A stretch of 39,812 bases of DNA from Chloroflexota bacterium (lineage in GTDB: Bacteria; Chloroflexota; Limnocylindria; Limnocylindrales; CSP1-4): NCBI GenBank assembly GCA_025358525.1, contig JANYJI010000026.1:1-39812 (forward strand), written 5' to 3'. Under the pieces are notes generated by a model. That model saw nothing but the letters and a program-made list of their open reading frames with translations. It did no database searches and was not told the DNA's origin. The stretch's first letter is position 1. Every line of letters starts with the position of its first letter. This document shows, piece after piece, positions 25,402 through 32,723 of the stretch. The translations under genes and the position numbers were made by a program.

Positions 25402-26271
25402 ATGGCTGACGGCGTCGACATCCTCGGAGGAGCGACCGGACGGATCGTGCTGGGCGACAACCTGGCCGTGCTCCGCGCTCTGCCCGACGATTCGATCGAC
25501 CTCGTCTATATCGACCCGCCGTTCAACACCGGCAAGCGCCAGACACTGCGTCGCCTACGGACGGTTCGGGACGACGAGGAGGGCGACCGAACCGGATTTG
25601 GCGGGCAACGCTACCGGACGATCCAGCTGGGTTCGACGAGCTACGCCGATGTCCACGACGACTACCTCGACTTCCTCGAACCGCGGCTCGTCGAAATTCG
25701 GCGTGTCCTCCGGCCGAGCGGCAGCCTGTACCTCCATCTCGACTATCGAGAGGTGCACTACGCCAAGGTTCTGTGCGACGCGATCTTCGGGCGCAACTGC
25801 TTCCTCAATGAGGTCATCTGGGCCTACGACTACGGGGCGCGGACGAAGCGGCGCTGGCCGGCCAAACACGACAACATCCTCTTCTACGTGAAGGATCCGG
25901 AGCGCTATTGGTTCGACGCCGAGGCGGTCGAGCGGATCCCGTACATGGCGCCGGGTTTGGTTGGGCCCGAGAAGGCGGCCCGTGGCAAGCTTCCGACGGA
26001 TACGTGGTGGCAGACGATCGTGCCGCCTGGCGGCTCGGAGCGGACCGGCTATCCCACCCAGAAACCGGTGGCGGTGCTGCGGCGCGTCGTGTCCGCGTCT
26101 TGTCCTGGGGGGGGAGTAGTGGCGGATTTCTTCGCGGGGAGTGGCACGACTGGAGCCGCGGCGCTGGAGCTGCGTCGGCGCTTCTTGCTCGTGGACTCCA
26201 ATCCGGAGGCAGTGGCGGTGATGGCGCGGCGCCTTGGGGGCGCGGCGGGGGTGGAGGTCGTGGCAGAGTAG
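25402..26271 (+). CDS. Beta-class DNA methyltransferase (N6-adenine or N4-cytosine), apparently orphan
   Basis: 289-aa ORF. Motif IV IDLVYIDPPFNTG is N-terminal to motif I VVADFFAGSGTTGAAA, which is the beta permutation. Confidence 0.85.
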   Translation: MADGVDILGGATGRIVLGDNLAVLRALPDDSIDLVYIDPPFNTGKRQTLRRLRTVRDDEEGDRTGFGGQRYRTIQLGSTSYADVHDDYLDFLEPRLVEIRRVLRPSGSLYLHLDYREVHYAKVLCDAIFGRNCFLNEVIWAYDYGARTKRRWPAKHDNILFYVKDPERYWFDAEAVERIPYMAPGLVGPEKAARGKLPTDTWWQTIVPPGGSERTGYPTQKPVAVLRRVVSASCPGGGVVADFFAGSGTTGAAALELRRRFLLVDSNPEAVAVMARRLGGAAGVEVVAE

Positions 26272-26301
26272 AGCCGAGTGGCGTGGCCCGCGATCGGGCC
26301 C

Positions 26302-26748
26302 TCAGCGGACCGGCGGCGCCGCCGGGAGCAGCTCGATCAGGGGCCGGCGCCCAGCGGCCAGCTCATCGGCGACGATCGCGATGGCCGCGACCGCTGTCAG
26401 CCTGGCCTCGATGCCCGCGAGCAAGTTCGGGATGTCGATGCCAGCCTCGGCGGCGATCTCGGGATCGAGTTGGAGCGATGTTTCCAGGTAGCCGCGCGCG
26501 CCCCGCAGGTTTCGCGCGAAGCCGATGGGATTGCCTCGGACGGCATGGACATAGCCGGCGGCGACCTTGATCAGCCCCTGGTACAGGGCTCGCTCAGACT
26601 GCACCGACGTGCCCATCCAGGCCGGCTCGAGCAGCTCGTGGGCCTCGAAGTAGTCGCCCCGCTCGTAGGCCCGCAAGCCGGCCTCGAGTGCGGCCCGGCG
26701 AAGGTCGGGCGAAATCGGTCGATAGGCCTTCAGTCGGCCGCCCTGCAT
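26302..26748 (-). CDS. DUF309-domain protein
   Basis: The ORF track extends to 26868 and overlaps the upstream gene. Internal ATG at 26748 preferred. Hallmark YERGDYFEAHELLEPAW. Confidence 0.7.
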   Translation of the reverse strand: MQGGRLKAYRPISPDLRRAALEAGLRAYERGDYFEAHELLEPAWMGTSVQSERALYQGLIKVAAGYVHAVRGNPIGFARNLRGARGYLETSLQLDPEIAAEAGIDIPNLLAGIEARLTAVAAIAIVADELAAGRRPLIELLPAAPPVR

Positions 26749-26810
26749 TACGGTCGACCGATCTCGGTCGGTCGGCTCGCCCTTCCGTGCGGGTGCGATC
26801 GACTCGTCCG

Positions 26811-27236
26811 TCAGACGAGGTCCTCGATCCGACGCCGCGCTCCGAATCCTTCCGAAACCTCGTGCCACCAGCCGACATCGGTCTCGTCAAGCCGCCAACA
26901 CAACCAGACGGGTCGGCCAGTCACGAGGGCAGGGAAGTCCACCAGACCTGTTTCGATGTCTCGGAGTTGGATGCCCCAACCGTCGATCTGCAGGGCGGCG
27001 GCCTGCATCTGGTCGACCAGGCCCTGCATCCTCAGCCGCAGTCGCTGCGTTTCCTGGTCGGCGTCGGGGGGCCGCGGCGCGGTTGCAGCTCCGCCGGCCA
27101 AAGCTGGGGCATTCAGTTCGACGATGCGGTCGCGGGCCCCGACGACCTCCACACGGAGGCTGCGAAGCGTCAACAACGTCTCGCGCAGTTCGGGGATTCT
27201 GGCGTTGGCTCGGTCGAAGTCGTAGAACTCAGCCAC
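26811..27236 (-). CDS. DUF2203-family protein
   Basis: The ORF track extends to 27551. The family-like sequence starts at VAEFYDFDRANARIPELRETL (GTG 27236). C-terminus GLVDFPALVTGRPVWLCWRLDETDVGWWHEV. Confidence 0.7.
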   Translation of the reverse strand: MAEFYDFDRANARIPELRETLLTLRSLRVEVVGARDRIVELNAPALAGGAATAPRPPDADQETQRLRLRMQGLVDQMQAAALQIDGWGIQLRDIETGLVDFPALVTGRPVWLCWRLDETDVGWWHEVSEGFGARRRIEDLV

Positions 27237-27483
27237 GCCCGAATGGTAGCGGACGGTTCGCGAAGGACACGCCGCCGGTTCCGACGACCCATCGCCCGAA
27301 ACTCCCGGCTCGCCCGCGGCGCGGCCACAACGTCGGCTGACGCCCGCGGTGTCCCGAGCGAGTGCTGGCCATTTTGTGGCCGATATGGCGCATTTGCGAT
27401 CGCGATGCGCCAACTGGCGCGGTTCACGTGGCCGCCTCAGTACACCGTTTCCCGCCCTGCGGACGATTCGGCCCGTTCCTTCA

Positions 27484-27529
27484 GGCCCCACAATAGGACG
27501 GCGCATGGTGGCCGTCCTATTGTGGGGCC
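27484..27529. repeat. Perfect 19-bp inverted repeat (hairpin/operator candidate)
   Basis: GGCCCCACAATAGGACGGC (27484-27502), 8-nt spacer GCATGGTG, GCCGTCCTATTGTGGGGCC (27511-27529). It lies in the 430-bp gap between two divergently transcribed genes. Confidence 0.9.
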
Positions 27530-27585
27530 CGGCGCCGCACGGAGCAGCCAATTTGCCGCCGCAGCCGTCGCCTGCACAAGTTCAA

Positions 27586-27611
27586 TGAACATAGGCGTCG
27601 CATTCTTCGTC
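27586..27611 (+). promoter_or_regulatory. Candidate ECF-type promoter upstream of the sigma gene at 27668
   Basis: TGAAC (27586-27590), 17-nt spacer, CGTC (27608-27611). This resembles the generic ECF GAAC-N16/17-CGTC pattern and sits about 57 nt upstream of the GTG, which has AAGGAGG 8 nt upstream. Confidence 0.25.
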
Positions 27612-27667
27612 TGGATGGTCGGCTGCCGTAGGCAGCAAGTTACATCAGGACAAGGAGGCGCTTCGGG

Positions 27668-28213
27668 GTGGAGGCGGCTATCGCTTTCGCCGATGTTCGT
27701 CCGGTGACGTTCGTGGATCTCGCCGACCGTGCGCTCGACGGCGCCTATCGTCTGGCTGGCTACCTGCTGGGCGACGCGACGGAGGCCGAAGATGCCGTGC
27801 AAGATGCTCTGACTCGCAGCTGGCAGGCCTACCCAACACTGCGCGATCAAGATCGGTTCGAGCCGTGGTTCGACCGGATCCTCGTCAACGTTTGCCGCGA
27901 CAAGATGCGCAAGCGCCGCGGCATCCGTATCGAGGAACTCAACGACGAACTGGCCGTCTACGTGGACGACCCATTTCGGGCCTCCCTGGCCAGGAACGAG
28001 GTCGACAGGCTGATACACGTCCTGAACCCCGACCAGCGCATCGTGGTGGGTCTGCGTTTCTGGCGGGATCTCTCACTCCAGCAGATCGCGGACCTCCTCG
28101 GTGTGCCCCTTGGGACTGTCCAGTCGCGGCTCCACTACGCCATTCGGGCCCTTCGCGACGAAGCCGATCGAACGACCATAGCCACCGGCCAATCGGCCGA
28201 GGTGCGGCGATGA
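27668..28213 (+). CDS. ECF-type sigma factor
   Basis: 181-aa ORF. Region 2 EAEDAVQDALTRSWQAY...WFDRILVNVCRDK, region 4 SLQQIADLLGVPLGTVQSRLHYAIRAL. Confidence 0.85.
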   Translation: MEAAIAFADVRPVTFVDLADRALDGAYRLAGYLLGDATEAEDAVQDALTRSWQAYPTLRDQDRFEPWFDRILVNVCRDKMRKRRGIRIEELNDELAVYVDDPFRASLARNEVDRLIHVLNPDQRIVVGLRFWRDLSLQQIADLLGVPLGTVQSRLHYAIRALRDEADRTTIATGQSAEVRR

Positions 28214-29703
28214 ACGAGAAGATGAACGAGACGGAGATCGAGCAGCGCCTGCGCAACGTCGTCGACGGGCCGCAGCCCTCGGCGCCTGCCTCGCTGCACC
28301 GCTTCCTCCGCGATCTACCGGGCGCTCAGACCTCCCCGCGTCGCGGACCGCTTGGGCGATTGCGCGGCGCTTTCGATCGCGCGCCCGGCTTTGCGAATCC
28401 GGGGCCATCCCCCCGGCGGACCCAGCTGGCCTTCGGTATGGTCATGGCGGTCGTGCTCGGTGTCGCGGGTGCCGGTGTGCTTCTGTCCCTCCGGCAGAAC
28501 CCCGCCCCCCCGGCTGCCTCCGGCACCCACGGCACGTCCACCCCGTGGGTCACGCCCCGGCGGTCGATCGGCTCCGAGCCATCGCCGGTCGTGGCCAACC
28601 CTTCGTTCAAGGCCGGCCCCTTGAGTCGCATCACTCTGGTTGGCGTGACCGCGATCGACGCCGAGAACATGGCAATGCCCGGCCAGGTGGTCTCGCCCTG
28701 GGGCGCCCAGTACGTGGGCGTCTCCACCAACCATGACGGACTAGTTCGATCCACCGACGGTCTCTACTGGGCCTGGAGCCCGGCGACCGAGGTTGACCCC
28801 AAGGCCTCGAAAGTCACGGCGATCGCCTACGACGGCGTCGGTACGATTGTCGCCACGGGCAGCGTCCAGGGCGTCGACGGGACAATCGACGGCCGTGTCT
28901 GGGTCTCGAGCGATGGTGGGTCCACCTGGAAGGGGACGACCGACGAGTCGATCTTCCGAGGCGTCACCGTCCAGCTGGTCGTGCGCGGCTCCGGCCAGTT
29001 CATCGCGCTCGGCTGGAACGACCTTACGCCGGCCGACTCGCGCCGCCAGGTGGGTGCGTGGCGCTCCTTCGATGGCAAGACATGGACCCATGTGACCGTG
29101 CCGATCCAGGGCACAGCCGCGCTGATAGTCCCAACCGCAGCGGGCTTCGCGCTCTCCGGCACGCCGCTGGCGAGCGGTGCGATCGATGAGCCACCGATGT
29201 GGTACTCGTCCGATGGAGCTACGTGGAACCGCGCCAGGGCGACCGACAAGACGGCTAAGGCGATGGGTCCGCTGATCAGCGCCTCGGTGACCAGTTCCAG
29301 TCACCTCTACGCCGTGAGCCGATCGCCCGACGGGACGAACAACAAGCTGGTCTACTCGCCGGACGGCGGCCTGACCTGGGGGACCGTGGAGCCTAACGAC
29401 TCGATGCCCTTCGCAGGTCGATACACGCAGGTCGCGACGTTCTCTGGCTACGTTGCGGGCAGCGGTCGCATCGACATGGTCTTCGTGTCGACCGGCAAGG
29501 TGGGCGAGCACATATACGTGTCGATCGACGGCGGCGTCACATGGGTCGAGGTCTACGACCCCCGGGTTGGCGGCCCGAGTGGCAAGGTGCTGCTCGAGAT
29601 CGGCCAAAGCTACCAGGCTAGCTACAGGAAGATCCTTGCTTACGGCGAGCCAGGCAGCCGCCTGGGCATCTGGTTAGCCACCCTGACGGGACTCGACTCG
29701 TAG
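28210..29703 (+). CDS. Single-pass membrane protein with extracytoplasmic BNR/Asp-box beta-propeller, sigma-coupled (candidate non-canonical anti-sigma/sensor)
   Basis: ATG 28210 overlaps the sigma stop (ATGA); the ORF-track start 27865 lies inside the sigma gene. TM LAFGMVMAVVLGVAGAGVLLSL. Six Asp-box-like repeats: STDGLYW, SSDGGSTW, SFDGKTW, SSDGATW, SPDGGLTW, SIDGGVTW. Confidence 0.75.
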   Translation: MNEKMNETEIEQRLRNVVDGPQPSAPASLHRFLRDLPGAQTSPRRGPLGRLRGAFDRAPGFANPGPSPRRTQLAFGMVMAVVLGVAGAGVLLSLRQNPAPPAASGTHGTSTPWVTPRRSIGSEPSPVVANPSFKAGPLSRITLVGVTAIDAENMAMPGQVVSPWGAQYVGVSTNHDGLVRSTDGLYWAWSPATEVDPKASKVTAIAYDGVGTIVATGSVQGVDGTIDGRVWVSSDGGSTWKGTTDESIFRGVTVQLVVRGSGQFIALGWNDLTPADSRRQVGAWRSFDGKTWTHVTVPIQGTAALIVPTAAGFALSGTPLASGAIDEPPMWYSSDGATWNRARATDKTAKAMGPLISASVTSSSHLYAVSRSPDGTNNKLVYSPDGGLTWGTVEPNDSMPFAGRYTQVATFSGYVAGSGRIDMVFVSTGKVGEHIYVSIDGGVTWVEVYDPRVGGPSGKVLLEIGQSYQASYRKILAYGEPGSRLGIWLATLTGLDS

Positions 29704-31629
29704 CTACGGCGTGGCGGCCGGAGTGGCGGCCGGTGTCGGAGTCGAAGCGGGCGGCGCGCCGCAGGGCGAGTACTGGTGCAGCAGCGACGAAGTGCAGGCC
29801 CCGTATGAGTAGTCGCCCGAGTCCTTCTGGCCGGGGCCGAAGAATGGGTAGGCGGCCAGGATGGCGAAGACGAGGTATATCGTCAGCAGCGCCAGAGGGC
29901 TGATCCGGCGGAGTAGCCACCACGTCATCACGACCAGGCCCAGGCCGAGGGCCCCGGGGAAGAGCGGGTCGATGATGGCCGCCTGCAGATTCAGCTGAGC
30001 GCCGGCGATCGTGACGGTGGGGGCGAGGTTTACGACCACGAATTTCGCGGCGAGGGCGCCGAGCACCATGTTGCCCAGGACGCCGGCCCCTATCAGGACG
30101 CGGTCAATGGCGCCCGACCGCAGGATGTCGGTAACGAACGACTTGCCGCGCGCGTAGCCCTGCATCCAAGCCGTGTAGCCAATCGCCACGATCACAATCG
30201 AGACGAGGACCATGTAGAGGATTGCGCCCAGCGGGTTGCCAGTCGTGCCGGTCAGCTGAGGCACCACCGATCCACTCGCGCTGCCGCCAGCGATGCCGAT
30301 ACCCAGGGCCAGTAGGATCGGAGTGATCGTGCTCTGGCTCAGTGTGTCGCCGATGCCGGCCATCGGCCCCATCAGGCCGGACTTGACCGAGTTGATCGCG
30401 TCGTCGTCGATGGGAGCGCCGTTGGCCCGCTGCTCCTCCATGGCGATGATGGTGCCGTGGACCACGTTGCCGAAGTTGGGCTCGGTGTTGAAGAAGACCA
30501 GGTGGCGCTTTAGGGCGGCCCGGATCTCGTCCGGAGTGGTATAGAGGCGACGAATTATCGGGGTCATGGCGTGGGCGAAGCCGGTGCCCTGGAGCCGTTC
30601 GTAGCTGTAGTTGGCGTGGGCGAAGAAGGTCCACAGGACCCACGAGCGGATCAGGTCACCGCGGGTGAGGCGAACGCGCAGTTCCGGTGCCGGTCCGGCC
30701 GAGACCGCTGCCGGCTCGGGGGCCGCCGCGAGGGCTGTGCCGACTGCCGCTGGGATCGCACTCGGCCGCACGAAGGTGAGGTGCAAGTAGGCCAGCGCCA
30801 GTCCGAGCGCCGCGATGACGACCAGCGACATCGACTGATGTGTCGCTGTCATCAGGATGAAGCCGATGAAGAAGTAGGGGATCGCCGCGCCGCGGAAGAT
30901 GAAGCGCATGTTGAGGGCGATGCCGATCGCAGGCAGGATTCCGCCGGCGATGACCAGGCCGTTGACCGCCCAAAGCGGCAGCCGATTGAGGACGTCCTGG
31001 ACCGCGGCCGGGCCGTTGAGGGCGAGCAGGAAGACCGGCACGAAGCTGACGGCGAATAGGAAGAGCTGGCCGGGCACCACATTCATGAACGCGACGCCGC
31101 TGATGTCGGCCTTCTCGGCTCGGGCGTCTACCCAATGGGCGAAGACCGAGTCCAGGGCCATGCGGCTGTAGAAGATGACGGTGCCGAGCATGCCCAGGCC
31201 GAAGGCGATCGGGATGGCCTTGGTGGGATCGAGACCGCTGGCCAGGGCAACAGTCGTGCCTACCCAGCCGGCGAGGCCGGCATCGGCGGGGAGGGTGCCA
31301 CCGGCTGAGATGAAGCCGAGGTAGGGGATGTTGATGGCGGCGCCGATCAGCGTGCCCTGAGCGGGGTCGCCCAGAATGAGGCCTACGAAGAAGCCGGCAA
31401 CGAGCGGTCGGTAGAGCGTGAAGAAGGCCAGCCCGAAGAGCCATGGACTGTTGGCCAGGTAGTAGCCGAGGGCAATGAGGGCGGCTTGCCAGATGCTCAC
31501 GTTGATCGTGTGCGGCGTGAGCACCGCGGTGGGGTCGGAGCTCGCACCGAAAACGGTGGTCGGTGCGAACGCGGCGAGCAAGGCGATCAGAGCGAGTCCT
31601 GCCCCAATTGTCGCTGACTTCCTGAACAT
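29704..31629 (-). CDS. PTS mannose/fructose/sorbose-family fused IIC-IID component
   Basis: 641-aa uninterrupted ORF. The N-terminal half is ManY-like (LYRPLVAGFFVGLILGD..., GILPAIGIALNMRFI). The C-terminal half is ManZ-like (LTRGDLIRSW...YERLQGTGFAHAMTPIIRRLY..., RHLVFFNTEPN, EEQRANGAPIDDDAINSVKSGLMGPMAGIGD). Confidence 0.85.
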   Translation of the reverse strand: MFRKSATIGAGLALIALLAAFAPTTVFGASSDPTAVLTPHTINVSIWQAALIALGYYLANSPWLFGLAFFTLYRPLVAGFFVGLILGDPAQGTLIGAAINIPYLGFISAGGTLPADAGLAGWVGTTVALASGLDPTKAIPIAFGLGMLGTVIFYSRMALDSVFAHWVDARAEKADISGVAFMNVVPGQLFLFAVSFVPVFLLALNGPAAVQDVLNRLPLWAVNGLVIAGGILPAIGIALNMRFIFRGAAIPYFFIGFILMTATHQSMSLVVIAALGLALAYLHLTFVRPSAIPAAVGTALAAAPEPAAVSAGPAPELRVRLTRGDLIRSWVLWTFFAHANYSYERLQGTGFAHAMTPIIRRLYTTPDEIRAALKRHLVFFNTEPNFGNVVHGTIIAMEEQRANGAPIDDDAINSVKSGLMGPMAGIGDTLSQSTITPILLALGIGIAGGSASGSVVPQLTGTTGNPLGAILYMVLVSIVIVAIGYTAWMQGYARGKSFVTDILRSGAIDRVLIGAGVLGNMVLGALAAKFVVVNLAPTVTIAGAQLNLQAAIIDPLFPGALGLGLVVMTWWLLRRISPLALLTIYLVFAILAAYPFFGPGQKDSGDYSYGACTSSLLHQYSPCGAPPASTPTPAATPAATP

Positions 31630-31667
31630 GGCGCTCCTCTCGATGCCGCCCGGACCTCGGGTTCGGC

Positions 31668-32150
31668 TCAGTTGCCCGAATCCAGTGAGCGGAACGGGAT
31701 CGGACGATCGTCGACGACGATCTGGATCTCGACCCGCGTACCGAGCTGCTCGAGTTCACGCAACTCCCGAAGTTCATCCTCGCTGGCGGATATCGTCTTG
31801 TGCAGGCGCCGCCGCCCGGGTCCGGCACCCATGCCGCCCAGATCTACTACCTCGATGGGTACACCGGCCTGACGCAGGCCCAGGATTGTGCGTGGCGATC
31901 GCGCCAGGACGAGGACGGGCTCCGGATCCCCCACCAGCTCGAGGCAGCGGGCCGCGCCCCCAGCCACGTCCCACACCTCAACCGGCACGCCCTGCGGCGC
32001 CGCCAGCGCTAAAACTTCCCGCAAGAATTCGTCGCCAGCCGTGGCGTCGTCGACGATCACGATCCGCTTCGCGCCCAGCGCCCGGAGCCACACGGCCACG
32101 ACCTGGCCGTGGATCAGGCGGTCGTCGATGCGGACAAGTCGGAGGCTCAT
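31668..32150 (-). CDS. PTS mannose-family IIB component
   Basis: 160-aa ORF. LVRIDDRLIHGQVVAVW contains the phospho-His of EIIB-Man. Confidence 0.85.
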   Translation of the reverse strand: MSLRLVRIDDRLIHGQVVAVWLRALGAKRIVIVDDATAGDEFLREVLALAAPQGVPVEVWDVAGGAARCLELVGDPEPVLVLARSPRTILGLRQAGVPIEVVDLGGMGAGPGRRRLHKTISASEDELRELRELEQLGTRVEIQIVVDDRPIPFRSLDSGN

Positions 32151-32190
32151 GCGGGGGGTCGTCGCTCAGATGGGGCTGTGTGGGCCGGCG

Positions 32191-32598
32191 CTAGGAGGCC
32201 CGGCTGGCGCGGTGGCGCTCAGTCTCGGTGATACCGTCGCGCCCCACTTCGAGCAGCCGCTCCACGAGTGCGTCGTCCAACTCTCCGCTGGCGAGTGCTG
32301 CCTCAACAGCCATGACCAAATTCACGCCGGAGATGCAGACGACGCGCGGCGACCGCCGGGCGATAGCCGAGGCTGTGTTGAATGGCGTGCCGCCCAGCAG
32401 ATCGCAAAGCACCAGGACCCCGCGATTGCCATGGCCGATCGCAGTCCGAAGCGCCTCGGCGTAGTGGTCGGGCGACTCGCCCGGCTCAAGGCCAACGGCC
32501 GAGATATCGGCGACCGGGCCGCAGATCAGCTCCGTCGAGGCGAGCAGCGCAGCCGGAAGCGTCCCGTGTCCTGCCATGACGATCCCGAACGTTCGCAC
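32191..32598 (-). CDS. PTS mannose-family IIA component
   Basis: The ORF track extends to 32661. GTG 32598 has GGAGA 8 nt upstream. FGIVMAGHGTLPAALL (phospho-His), VLVLCDLLGGTPFN and ISGVNLVMAVEA are EIIA-Man-like. Confidence 0.8.
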   Translation of the reverse strand: MRTFGIVMAGHGTLPAALLASTELICGPVADISAVGLEPGESPDHYAEALRTAIGHGNRGVLVLCDLLGGTPFNTASAIARRSPRVVCISGVNLVMAVEAALASGELDDALVERLLEVGRDGITETERHRASRAS

Positions 32599-32648
32599 TC
32601 GATTTCTCCGTGTCGGCAGGCATCCGGGTCCCGGCGGACGACGCCTGC

Positions 32649-32678
32649 TTGACGTTGCCAAGAGTTACTGCAAATATT
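32649..32678 (+). promoter_or_regulatory. Sigma-70-like promoter candidate in the PTS/sorC divergent intergenic region
   Basis: TTGACG (32649-32654), a 17/18-nt spacer, then AAATAT/AATATT (32672-32678). A second -10-like TATAGT lies at 32713-32718. Confidence 0.3.
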
Positions 32679-32723
32679 CTCACGCAATGGCTTGCACCGC
32701 ACTGCGTGGCGGTATAGTCGCGT

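Noticed and set aside
26278-27707. Two long plus-strand ORFs (26278-27225 and 26688-27707)
   Set aside because: They run antisense across the DUF309 and DUF2203 genes and through the intergenic hairpin. They have no motifs, and the opposite-strand genes have clear family signatures.
30656-31828. 390-aa alternative-frame minus-strand ORF over the PTS IIC region
   Set aside because: It shares the strand with the IIC-IID gene but in a different frame. It is Arg/Pro-rich, and the ManY/ManZ-like frame is unambiguous.
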